From Schizochytrium sp. TIO01 (taxonomy: Eukaryota; Protista; Bigyra: Labyrinthulomycetes): a stretch of 64,000 nucleotides of DNA. Below are positions 1 to 13,152 of the stretch, one piece after another. The position numbers and the translations under genes were made by a program. The stretch is from NCBI GenBank assembly GCA_004764695.1, contig SMSO01000008.1, forward strand, positions 744,001-808,000, written 5' to 3'. Under the pieces are notes generated by a model, which saw nothing but the letters and a program-made list of their open reading frames with translations, ran no database searches and had not been told where the DNA came from. Every line of letters starts with the position of its first letter. The stretch's first letter is position 1.

Positions 1-30
1 AGTTCTATAATTCTTAGAAACCATAGATGG

Positions 31-270
31 TCAGTCTTCTTAGAGCCTTCATCAAGCCTCTTGCCTCATCTTAATAGTCAATCTCTAGTTGACTAGTTGT
101 ATTTTTTAGCACTAGTACATGCCAAATCTTTGAGCGGTTATATAATTAAAACATGAACATGCCTTGAAGTTGAACATCAGGTCGATCGCTACCTCTTTAA
201 TTCAAAATAATCAAGCCTCTTAACTTTATCTTCAAAATTAGCCTATAGCTGACTATACCGATCTTCCAGC
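31..270 (-). pseudogene. Two short, heavily decayed fragments (about 31-96 and 120-270) of a dispersed repeat / relic coding family
   Basis: 31-96 (TCTTCTTAGAGCCTTCATCAAGCCTCTTGCCTCATCTTAATAGTCAATCTCTAGTTGAC) and about 210-270 align by eye to 1720-1800 (CCTTCTTAAAGGCTTTATCAAGACCCTTGCCTTCATCTTTACAGTCAACCTCAAGCTGAC). Confidence 0.55.
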
Positions 271-774
271 AATTATGATCGTGGCCATTTGTTGATTACA
301 ACGCACAACATCATCAGAAAACAATGCAATGATAAACTTCTGTAAAAGTATATTTCTCTTCTATCATTCGTACTGGGCCACGGTTTCTTGTCAACGAGGG
401 TTTACAAAATAATTTAGCGAAGGTCTGTACTGGACGTAACTGGATAATGCATTGCAGAGTAAATATCTACCTCATCATAAGTTTAAACAAGATTCTTAAA
501 GAGAACGGAAAGATGTTTCCGATTTCATTCTCATAAGTTCCAGCAATAATTATTGTGCAGAGGAGAGGAATAAATTTATGAATTGTTTATTTGGGGGGGA
601 GGGGGGGGGTTATAAGTTGGGTGTTCGCATAATGCCCGGAAACTCATTTGGATCAATAGTTGGTTAGGCATCTTTCATCCTCTTCCACTTTCGTGGTAGT
701 TGTAAACTTACCAATGGAGAAAATGATTGGGATAACTGATATGGAAGGATAAATTATGAATGACTTAGATTGTC

Positions 775-1190
775 GAACTGCTGCAAGATGAATCTGGTTA
801 ACCAGAGGCGGACAATCGAAATGAAGACAAGAATCTCGATGAAGGCTTTAGGAAGCTCGATTTTAAAGTTAGAGAGCTGATGTCCTGGAAATGAACTCCA
901 AGGCATATTGATTCTTGTAGTAATTAGGAGGCTAAGATATTTTTGGACTGTGCTAGATAGACTTGATGAGGTTAGGTTAATTCAAACTTTTCAACCATCA
1001 ATTCAAGTTGCACCAATACCAGAAGATATGTAGTCACTTTTTGGTTCTTGGTTCTCAATCACATAAGCCTGGGTATTAGTTCTGCTTTTTTTTGCAACCC
1101 TATCTACGTCCATGAGGTCTTGACAAAGGGACCCCAAGAACTCTAACAATGTCTTGTCCCCTTGTTCTTTCGATTAGAGATCTCCGCACG
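775..1190 (+). pseudogene. Decayed copy of the same relic family; left arm of an inverted pair
   Basis: Blocks such as GATGAAGGCTTTAGGAAG, GTAGTAATTAGGAGGCT and GGGACCCCAAGAACTCTAACAATGTCTTGT match the reverse complement of 1378-1800; the first two also match 59196-59430. Many stops and frameshifts. Confidence 0.7.
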
Positions 1191-1377
1191 AACTATGCTC
1201 GCTTTCTCTCTTTGGAAATTAGGAAAAATATGTCTTCTTGATAAGATCTCACGAAGCCACATCTTAGTGCCATCTCTGACTAAACGTCTTCTCCGATCTC
1301 ATTTCTGGCCTGAGGGAGCCCGAAGCCGAAATTGGCACGGTAGCTCTGATTTTTATTATTTTCGCGCAATTTGAAGA

Positions 1378-1800
1378 TAGTGCTGATATCTCCAATTGAA
1401 GGAATTAGTGAACAAGACATTGCTAGAGTTCTTGGCGTCCCATAGTGAAACCCTCGTAGACACAGGGCTCCCAATAAAGCAAGAGTAGACAGCCAGATTC
1501 ATGTGGCTGCCGGAGTCAAGAATCAAAAGTGTGACTATGCATTACCTACATCCAAGTATGCTGTAACTTGAATCGATGATTGAAGAAGTTGAAGTTACCT
1601 AACCCCATCGATTAGCTCTAACACCTATCAAGAATGTCTTAGCCTGCTTAATTACTACATGAGTCCATCTGTCCTGGAATTCATTTCTCCAGGACAGCAG
1701 TTCGCTAACTCTTAAAAGCAGCCTTCTTAAAGGCTTTATCAAGACCCTTGCCTTCATCTTTACAGTCAACCTCAAGCTGACCGGAATCATCTCTCGGCAG
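1378..1800 (-). pseudogene. Decayed copy of the relic family; right arm of the inverted pair
   Basis: The reverse complement of 1549-1800 aligns along its length with 59196-59430. Remnant peptides: LPRDDSGQLEVDCKDEGKGLDKAFKK and ELLSWRNEFQDRWTHVVIKQAK. Confidence 0.75.
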
Positions 1801-2551
1801 ATAGAAAAGGTAAATGAATGTGTGCCGATCAATGTTACCTTATGTCTTGGCTAGTCAATGCTATTGCCATGCATATGCATGGGAAGAGCTTAGGTGTGCA
1901 AATGTGTTCATTGCAAGTTCTTGATGATTGTTTAAAAAAAAAAGCAGATGGGGCCACTTTAAGATGCGCTCACATATTCTAGGGGAACAATACCTCAGCT
2001 TGAGAATCATTGAAAATGTTTTCATCAGGTGATGGTGAAATCAAGTCACTGTTTACGTACATTTGCAAGAATATCTAATGTGAACGTTGAGGTAGTAGGC
2101 GAAGGTAGTTATTGGATAGGTTTACATATGGGGGTACTTAATACTCATTTTCTGTAAAAGAAAGAAAGAAATAGATAGTATTATGGTATCATGGTCATTA
2201 TTTTAAAAGTATATAAAGCTCTTTGAGTGAAGCTATAAACAGAACATGGAGTATAACTTACTATGTTATGTTCAAGGTTCTGTGATAACAGGTTGGTTCA
2301 TTCTGGTTGCCGGTGAGATGCTACAGGTATTGCAATAGCCCCAGGTGAATTCACCGACTCAACAGATTTGCACACACAGATCATCATATGAATGGACTTT
2401 AAATTTTGTGTATAACAACACCCATATAACCATGATGTGTTTTCAAAGAGAATGTATGAAAGTGAGCAATTGAACGAATTAATAGAAAACATAGTTTTTG
2501 TATTGTTGCTGATATATATTGAATAACAAAATAACAAAAAGGAGCCTTTAT

Positions 2552-3697
2552 TCATTCAAGCTGATGGACCATCTCGGTGGACATTGCTTGCTGATGATGA
2601 CTGTTCAAATTGCCGTCACCAAGGGATGGATCAATCCCTCTCGAGGCATCGTTTTCAAAGTCATCAGGGTGCGTATGTGAGGACTTATTGTGTACATGTT
2701 CTGTTTCAAGGTTGCTATCTGCATCTGTCACAAAGGCTGGAACAGATGATTTGTTATGTAGATCGCCTTCTCCGATAGATAGTGATACAGTAGTTTGTTG
2801 TGATGGTGCGGGCCGTTGCATGGATGATTCAAGATAAATATGATCTGTGCAGTATTGGTGGAAGCGTACAACCTTTTTCTGACATCTGCGTGGCGTACGC
2901 ATGTGGCACCTGCCACCCCCATGTGCGAGGCAGTACCCACCTGCTGCTGAGCGTGCATCGCAACCAGCTTCGCGGCAAAGGCTGTAGCCACCATGCCGCT
3001 GACAGAATCCAAATAAGTTGACTCGATTTTTACATCCAGCGTGTCCGCAGGTTCTGATCGGTGCACCATGAGCAATGCATTTCCCCTGGCCTTGGTCGCG
3101 TTTGCGGCAGCCATCCACCTGACAACGCCGGCCTCCGCCATGCGTCGTGCAGTAGCCACCAAGTTCTTTCCAGCCATGACAGCCTTCCACTGGGCATATC
3201 GTAGATGGCTTTCGTGCTCTTTTTGTACCTCTTGCCCCGCGCTGTTTCTTACGCCCTTCTAATGCCACTGCCGATACCTCTCCCAAAGGTTGCTGGTGTT
3301 CTTCTTGATCATGTTGTTGTTGTTGTTGCTGGTGGTGGTGGTGGTGGTGGTGGTGGTGCTCCTGGTGGTGGTGGTGGTGGTGGTTGAGGTCATCAATAGT
3401 CTGATGAATAGTTTGAACATTGTGAAGGATTTCATCATTTCTATCTTGGTCACCTTCAATATCCGCATCACTCACACCGTCTTCATCTTCTCCAACCACA
3501 CCTGTCGCAACGTTGGGGGTTTCCTGGTCTCCTTCCACAACTTCTTCTGCACTCCCAATCAAATTAATCATAGGCTGGCTGCTGTTTTCTTCTAAAGGGT
3601 TTTCTGAGTTTTTGTCTTCATCTAACTCCAGGCCTTCTCCACGTTCTTCACGGCGCCCAGACTCGCGGTCATCGTGGGGTATGAGAGCAGATTCCAT
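2552..3697 (-). CDS. WRKY19-like zinc-finger repeat protein with acidic and His/Gln low-complexity N-terminus
   Basis: 381-aa ORF with an ATG start. About five tandem C-x4-C-x9-C-x2-H units (e.g. CQVDGCRKRDQGQGKCIAHG, CREAGCDARSAAGGYCLAHGGG), a poly-His/Gln tract, and an acceptor-like TTTAG|GTC just before the ATG. Confidence 0.88.
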   Translation of the reverse strand: MESALIPHDDRESGRREERGEGLELDEDKNSENPLEENSSQPMINLIGSAEEVVEGDQETPNVATGVVGEDEDGVSDADIEGDQDRNDEILHNVQTIHQTIDDLNHHHHHHQEHHHHHHHHHQQQQQQHDQEEHQQPLGEVSAVALEGRKKQRGARGTKRARKPSTICPVEGCHGWKELGGYCTTHGGGRRCQVDGCRKRDQGQGKCIAHGAPIRTCGHAGCKNRVNLFGFCQRHGGYSLCREAGCDARSAAGGYCLAHGGGRCHMRTPRRCQKKVVRFHQYCTDHIYLESSMQRPAPSQQTTVSLSIGEGDLHNKSSVPAFVTDADSNLETEHVHNKSSHTHPDDFENDASRGIDPSLGDGNLNSHHQQAMSTEMVHQLE

Positions 3698-5231
3698 GAC
3701 CTAAAGCTTGGTTTCCTTGTAGCTTAAACGACACAAAGTTTCACTGAGCTGGGCGACAGCGTGGGATAAACTCACGCACAAGGGCCAATGAAGGCTTCCC
3801 GCTCTGGGCGGGAGCAGTGTGCCCTTGGCGCGAGAATTCTTGCGCAGTTTGGCTCAAACTTCACCGTTCATAACGACCGCAACGAAGGGTAAAACATTGG
3901 ACTCTGAAATAGCATATTATTATGCTTTTAGAGGTCTCATCGTCCTTCGATTCTCCTCCAGAGAACTCGCAAATTCACAACAAATTGTACGAAAGAGGAT
4001 CTTGGCCAGCTTTGACTCAGGTAAAGAAGGTTTTATTTTGGCCGTAATAAAGATACCAAGCTTGGGTGTTTCTTTTTGTAGAAGACTCATGTATGTACAC
4101 AGATGGGGTGTCTGGCTGTTTGTTTCGCCAAGTTATTTGCGGTTTCACTGCAACCGTAGTACAGACGTTAATGACCCTTCTCTGCGGAGTGAGCAACCCT
4201 TTTTCACATGAAACTATAGGACCCTATGATTACACGCAACCAAAGCTGCTGCGGTGAACGAATGAATGAATGAATGAATGGCTTGTTATCAAGTTCATAT
4301 GGGTGTCGAAGGCAGATAGATGTCCTCGCTGACAAACTGACAAAGGCTTGCTTCTTCTTTTATCCACCTTGGCCCCTACCTTTAGTCTGTACAGCAAGCA
4401 ATACACGGAATTACACGACCCCAAGGGCTGCGAGTTGTGACCCGCGCCACAGGTTTACCTGCTGCTTATTTATACTATCTTACTACTTACTTACTTACTT
4501 ACTTACTTACTTAGCGTTTTACCTGATTACTGCTACTAGGTATCTATCTCTCTAGAGCTGCGCGAAGGTTCTAAATGAAGCAGCACTGAAGATAGAAGAA
4601 GCTGTAGAGATACCTACCCACGCATTACTTCGAGTGTCATTGCCATCCGCAGTGGTGGTTAGGCAGTGAGTGATGATGATAGATAAGCGGTGGTTTCCTA
4701 GCTCAGGCAGGATTTCTTGAACAGGTTTCTACGATCGCTGCATGAATTTTATGTAACACACATCCTCCACGAAATGACATTCTACTCGACACCAAATCGA
4801 ATCGAGTCGCGCCAAATTGACGACGGGGTGCTGCTCGTGCTGCTCAATAAAATCACTAACGCTGCCACAAGGATTTGCTTGTCTTTGATCTTGACTTTGA
4901 CGCATTCGCACTCCCAATCGATCAATTATAAAAAGAGGCCAGCTTGCTCCAGAGCATATGAGATACGAGATAGATCAGTCGCCAACCACATTCTCTGTAG
5001 TCTTGAATTACAACTACTGTAAGACAAAAGTCAGCATCCGCTGCCGTGGTACTAAGTAACGATCACGAGGGCGTCGTTCAGCTGGCAATCCATTAATTAA
5101 CCAATTAATTAGTCATTGCTGCTGTTGAAGTTTCCTCTTCAAGCATCTTGAGTAGCTAGCTGTCTAAACAAACAAACCGATGTCATCATCATCGAGCACT
5201 GTCCTACTTCTCACATCATCGCAATCCATCA

Positions 5232-5280
5232 CATTCATTCATTCATTCATTCATTCATTCATTCATTCATTCATTCATTC
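5232..5280. repeat. (ATTC)n microsatellite
   Basis: Perfect tetranucleotide run read directly. Confidence 0.95.
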
Positions 5281-6464
5281 TCCACATCATCCACGGCCGT
5301 TCTCTGTTCTTCACACAAAGCGTTCTACTTTCGCTGCTGCCTACCACACTGTCGAGCCCTTAGCCTTTTGCCTAGACGGGTCCTATGCACAGTCTTAGCG
5401 GCAGTGCTAGTTCCCTATCTAGCGATCTGTCTAGCGGCCGCAGCGATGCCGGTGCTCCTAGCGATCAGTAGGAGACTGTTACTGTGGAGGCCAATCGTCC
5501 AATCCTTCATAGAAATCCTCCAAGAAGATTGATTTATTGATTTATAACTAACTAACCACCACGGTTACTGAAGCGATGCAATGCCAGAGCTGTAGAACTG
5601 TGGAAGACAGATCGATGCATAACCACCTATGTTTTGGAGGCGTAGGCGCCCCTAAACCTGAGTGAGTGAGTGAAGAAGATACCAAACCACCGCATTGATA
5701 GATATAATTGAGTTTTTGGATTCCATTTTACAAAAACACCAAAATTACTTACTTTCCACGAAAAAATTGTTGTAAAAGGCCAAAAGCAAAGGAAACGATG
5801 TCGAGAAAGGTGTTCTTAGATAAAGAAGAACTCATCATCATCAACAACAACAACAATAACAACGACAACAATAACAACGACGACAATAACAACGACGACA
5901 ACAACAAAAAGATCTTATTTTATTCAACCCAAAATTAAAATAACTTTTCAACTTCAAAAAGAGGAAAAGAAAGAAAGACAAAGGAGAAGAAAGATTAACT
6001 CTTCTTTTAAATCCATTAAAAAAAAAAGAAAATTAAAAAAATAATAACAAACAAACAAAAAAAGAAAATAAATAAACAAATAAATCAATAGAAGGAAGCC
6101 GGGCGAGCCAGCGAGCGCATTACATCACATCTTCTCGACCCGCGGCGCTCCGGCGCTCGCCTGGCGTCGGGGCGGGGCCGTTCCCAGCAGCGCCTCTCGC
6201 CTCCTCGCGCGGCCTCTCGCCTCCTCGCTCTCCCTCCCTCCCCCTCCTGCCGCGCCGGAGCTCGCGAAACGGCCAAGCCCATTCTGGCTGGGGCGCCCCA
6301 ACCCCAAGTCCCCTAAGGCCCGCACCCCACGCATCCTCCGTGCGATTCCCTGCGCACCTAAGAGAAAAGCAGGGGAAAGGCCGCGGTCCCTCTTTCCAGT
6401 ACAGCCCCATTGAAAGTGTATGTAATAGGTGCCGCGGCCCGGAATCCAGTACCGTGGTACCGTG

Positions 6465-6771
6465 GTACCTGCGGCGGGGGCGGATCTCTATTAGCCGACG
6501 CGGCGTGTTCAGCGCTGGCAAATGCAAAAGCAGAGAAAGCAACGAAAGCGAAGAAAGCAACGGAAGGAAGCGAAGAAAGCAACGCGAAGCGAAGCGGCGG
6601 GCGAGCAGAGAGCGGCCCTTGGCTGGCAGGCAGGCAGGCAGGCTGCAGAGGGAGGGAGCGAGGGAGGGCTGCCAGGTGGCGGCTGGGCAGCTGTGCCCGG
6701 CCAGGCCGCCGCGGCAGCGCTGCAGCAAGCAAGCAAGGAAGCGGCGCTCCCGCGCGGTAGGGTCTTATATA
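6465..6771 (-). promoter_or_regulatory. Candidate minus-strand core promoter and non-coding first exon, possibly of the WRKY19-like gene
   Basis: TATATAA on the minus strand at 6765-6771. A GC-rich, pyrimidine-rich leader ends in CGCCGCAG|GTACCA at 6468. A matching acceptor TTTAG lies at 3701 next to the ATG. Confidence 0.4.
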
Positions 6772-7596
6772 GGGTAAACGGTAGGAGGTCGGTGGCGCTG
6801 CGGAGTCCACTATTTCTGATGTACTACGATCGTCATTGATGTAATCAATGAATGAATGAATGATCGAATGAATGAATGAATGATCGAATGAATGAATGAT
6901 CGAATGATTGATTGACTTTGCAAAAGCTACGATCGTCGCTGGGAATGGCATCTTCTTCTGAGCCAAGGCCCTGGGCCTTGCGTGTTTCTTGGTTCACATG
7001 TTCATGGATTCGGGGTGAATGAATGAATGAATGAGTGAGTGAGTGAGTGAGTGAGTGAATGAAGTTAGTTTATAGCACAATTTAGTGCCGATGATTTGGG
7101 CGTTGCCATTCAAGACACGACAGGCAAAGACAGCACAAGGCGGGCGAAGAAGCGAAGATACAAATGCATATCTTGAGATCTTGACGTTTATGGAGAGCTT
7201 CTTGAGGTTCCCAGAGGTTCACAGATCGGCGATGTGGATGCGGATGCGGATGTGGATGTATGTAATATATATACACATTCATTCATACATTCCATAAATC
7301 TGTTGGAGAGGTAAATGGACGACTTGAGGAAAACCTCGCCGACCACAAGCTAAGAAATCATTCATAAGTTCGTCGCGGATGCTTGCTCTACGAAAGAAGG
7401 TGGTGCTCCTGACGTCATCGAGTTCATTCACTACAGCGATTGGTCTGCGTTCATGGGAAAGGGCTCGCGGCGAGGGAATCGTCGCATGGCTGCAAAGGCA
7501 GAAGAGCGAGGGAGACTCGAGTGAGATTGCTCGTGAAGACTGCAATGTGCTTTTTGGCAGGCAATGGAGACGATTGCCACGATGGGTGCGGCATTG

Positions 7597-7597
<1 letters not shown>

Positions 7598-7643
<46 letters not shown>
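7598..7643. repeat. (CAG)n trinucleotide tract in non-coding DNA
   Basis: About 15 perfect units, with no credible host ORF. Confidence 0.9.
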
Positions 7644-7644
<1 letters not shown>

Positions 7645-8343
7645 TATTTTCTTCAACTGTTCATTTATCCATTGACATTCATTTACAGCTATAAGTTTGT
7701 CAATTTAGTTATTGATTTAGTAGTTTAGATAGTTGGTTATTGATTTGTTTGTTCATCCACCCACCACCTTCGTGAATGATGGCGATTCTGCGATGGATGA
7801 CGAATGTGGTTTCTGCTTTCGTTTTCATCTCATCGGTGACTGTTACACTTTATAGGTGTACTTACTGTGCTATGATTGTCAGTCAGTCATTTGAGCGCAG
7901 CTTAAGCACTCGATCGATGTGCAGAAGAGCTCAAGAGCGCTGATCTTGCTGCGAAACTGCCTCTCCGAAGCCCTGCCTTCTTCGCATTCATTCATCCATT
8001 CGCTGATTGATAAATTGATTGATTGATTGATAGATAGATTGTGATTGATAAATTGATTGATTGATTGATCAATTGATTCATACATCACTGATGTGCTGAT
8101 TGATTGCTTCATCAATTGATCGTCAGTCAATCTTCTTCCTTCATCCATCGTCTGATTCAATCTCAATCGTGTGCTCATCGATCGATGATTCTCCTTCGTT
8201 TCCTTTCCCTCCTCTTCTTCTTCTATCATCCACCATCTCTCTATTGCAAAATCGAAAGATCAGACTCAGTATCAGTAACATAACTTAGGGAGGATAAACT
8301 AAAACTTTCTAACTTTCTCGATCTTATTCTTCTTACTCACAAA

Positions 8344-8568
8344 TTATCTGTTTCAATAATGATCTATTTCACTCCATAATAATTATCTATTTCACTTCAG
8401 AGTGATTATCTGTTTCACTTTAAATCGCACTAAGAAAGCGCTCTCCTTCACAGCCTAACCATCTGACTCCTACCCGATACGCTAGCCGACTCCTACCGCT
8501 CAACTGGAGCTTCTCAGGCACTGCAGCACCAGGAGTATCCGTTAGGACTCCTAGCGAGACTCCTAGGC
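8344..8568. promoter_or_regulatory. Two adjacent homotypic motif clusters (4x ATCTRTTTCA; 4x GACTCCTA)
   Basis: ATCTRTTTCA at about 8346, 8362, 8385 and 8408. GACTCCTA at about 8465, 8488, 8546 and 8558. Both lie upstream of the GC-rich region preceding ATP2. Confidence 0.4.
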
Positions 8569-9474
8569 AGCCCTGCCCGGCATCTTGCGACGCCAAGCCT
8601 GTGCCAAACTCGGCACCGAGGCCGAAAAACCTGGCCGCCAATTGTGAAAACTGTCGCAAACTGCAGCCCAGGCCGTTCACAGCCTCTATGGCCACTTTCT
8701 ACGCCGCGAGGGCCGCCCAGGGGCCAGCGCAACAGCCAAATCTACCCTCGGAATTCCCTTCCTGGCGCACTCCCAGCCCCTGCTCAGCCCCCCTTTGCAC
8801 ACACGCCCACCCTTCGTTACCAATTCATAACTTTACCCCCGCTCAAAGTTACCCTTTGATACCGCGCATTGTTATCTATTAGTAGCATTGCAGCTCGCCC
8901 TGCCGCGGCACTGCCGGCCCGGGGGTTGATAGCATGGCGGCCAGGAGGGCGCTCGCGGGCGGAGTGCGGAGCATCTGAGGCGCTGCGGAGGCCGTGTAAA
9001 GCGGCCGGAAGGGACAGAAAGGGGCCAAGGACAGGCGGCCTAAGAGGTGTTTGAGAGGACAGCTTTGGAGGCATCGATGACGAAGAGCTCGGCATAAGAA
9101 ACGCGATATTGGCCAAAGCAATGCTCCCTCGGCGGCTCCCTGCGGCCGCGTCGCTGCGTGCCGGCGAATCTCGGGCCCACTCGGGTCAACCTTAAATCGG
9201 TTTCCAGCGAAGCCCTGAGAGGGGCACACACTGGGAGCCACAGTCATAGTGGCGGTAAGAGGAGAAACCGGCTGCGCAGGGAAGAGTATAGGAGGAGTGC
9301 AGTCCGGCAAAAGTAGGGGAAGAGAGACGGGTAAAAGGAAAAACACAGGTAAGCCCGTGAGGATGGAAAGCCAGTGGAGCGTATCTGCGGCTGGGAGCTG
9401 CTGCAAAGGCCATTGTGGCAGCAGACCGCTTGCTAGTCCAACTCCGCTCGCGCTCGCTCGCTTCTTCGCCGCAG

Positions 9475-10686
9475 GTACGTGCAGTGCGACGCGCGGGCCG
9501 CCGCCCGTGGTGTGCGTGCGTGACTGGGAGCGCCCGCCGCCCCCGCTCCGCCGTCACCACCGGTCGACCGCCCGCGGCGCCATGGAGGCGCCATTCATGT
9601 GGGCATGAGCGCCTGTCGAGGCTGGCGAAAGCCGCCTTCGTGATCCTTCTCTACTAAGCTTCCTCGCTCCTTAGCTGCTTCGCAAGGGCTTTCGTGGCAA
9701 CTGTGGTCGTGCACAATGCTCGCAAAGGATGCCTCGCGCGACCTGAGCCGCGGTGCCGCGATCCGCATACTCGCGCATATTGGATATATTGAGATATTCG
9801 TATATCATTTATATGCGAGATGAGATGCGCATGTGTGGATGCGATCAATGCAGTGCAATGCGATACAACAATGCCGATCTTCAAAGCACACTTGCAGAGG
9901 CAAGTGCGCCTGGGTATCGGCCAAACTCGTTCGTGGCTGTTGCGTTGGTCCAAGATCACAATGCCTCAAGGCTTGGGTGACAGCTGGCTGGATGGTTGCC
10001 AGGATCCTATTATTTCTTATTATTAGTTCGTCTAGGTGAGGGTTCACTTGATCTTGATCATTCAATCGATTCATTGCACATGCACGCAATTGCTCAGTGG
10101 GAAAGCAGTCGCGTGGGCAATGGTGGTGAGATCACAACGTGGTTCCTGCAAGCTACGATGGGTTTCGTGCAGTGTGTGCAGATACTACTAATGTGTCTCG
10201 ATCTTTGTTGGCAGACTCCTAGAGCACACTAATGATTCCTAGGAAAGGTGGTGGATTGTGCTAGGATGGTTGCAGGTCTATTTGTTTGCCTGGACCCAGA
10301 CGAATACAATCATGTTGTGATGTTAATTTGCACACCATCAACAGTCCACTGAAGGATCCTTGGTAGATTATTTGAAAGCTTGTCTCACCATTTATGATGA
10401 ACTGTATAGATATATAATAGGAGTCAATGAGGGAAGGAATCGATGACAAATACTGTTTTGATACAAAAGCAGTAGGCGCTCAACGAACCACATGGAAAAG
10501 AAAGATACACCGTTTTTGATTTGATATCCGAAGAAATTGGGTATTCAGTTTGAAACCACTATCTTGGTTGTGTATTGATTTTATTTGTTTGTTTGCTTGC
10601 AGTGAAGATAACTAACCGGAAACTCGCTCCCCACTCCACTCCACCCTTACCTGAATCCTATTTCGTTATGCGTTTCACACAGATAG
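9475..10686 (+). other. Probable 5'-UTR intron of the ATP synthase beta gene
   Basis: Donor CAG|GTACGT at 9475. Branch-like ACTAAC at 10611-10616. Candidate acceptors at 10602 (TTGCAG), 10682 and 10686, just before the ATG at 10699. Confidence 0.55.
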
Positions 10687-12195
<1,509 letters not shown>

Positions 12196-13152
12196 TTTTC
12201 CCACGACCTTTAAACCTTAAAACAACAATTTGCTCTACTGCAAGCCTTTTCAAACCGCTCTGTTTTTTTTTGTTTTTTGCTAAGTTTGTTCTTGTCACTT
12301 GTTCTGGTTGGTAGTACTGCATTTATTACAGCGTGCGGTGAGCTGTGCGTGTGTTCATCGATATCTGAAGTGGAGTATTGTTTTATTTTTCTTGTGTTGT
12401 TGTCTGAGACTTATTTTGGAAGTGTCGATGTGAAACGAGTGAGGTTTGAAGACTTTCGTATTTTTTCTTTGTATACGGTGTGTTCTGAAGAAGTATTATT
12501 CACATGTAATCATTAGACTTTTTAGAATCGTAGTTGCCATTTTTATAACTACATAGAGGTACTGTTGCCAATTATCCCAATATCATCATGTTGATTGCAA
12601 TTCTACGTTCAAGAGTTAAGGTATATGTGGTTCAGTGTTTGACGATTGATGCGCAAAGCAATATTTAGTTTAGATCTTTGTTTTCTGCTCCGATCAAAAA
12701 GTAGGTTTCCGGGAAAATACGAGCCATCCTCTTGGAAAGTCAAGTTTTAAATGTCAAAGGTTCCCTTCCGGAATCACTTTTCTTTGTTTGATGATCAAAT
12801 GTTAAATGTTTAAATTAGTTGTTCTTTTTCATGTTTATGGGGGGGGAGGGGGGTCACTTCGTAACATGGGCTGGGAAAAGAGGAGTAACTATGTTGACTT
12901 GTCTTCCTTTTACTGCGTTGCCTTCTTTCTCGTTTTTAGAGCTGGAGGCCAAGTACCGCAGCTAGATAGTCACGATTTGCAAGAAGGCTGGTTGTTGTGG
13001 AACTTATTATTATTATTATATTCATTTTACTCTTTATCAATCTCGTGGTATGGGATGACATTGACTGATTCAAGACATTGGAACTACTTCACTCCCAAAG
13101 GATGCTGCGAATCACTATTATTGCAAAGGTTGATAACTCGTTGAAGATTGTT

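Noticed and set aside
6085-9959. Many 60-200 aa ORFs in the GC-rich islands
   Set aside because: Low-complexity, open on both strands, mostly non-ATG starts and no motifs; expected in GC-rich promoter or UTR DNA.
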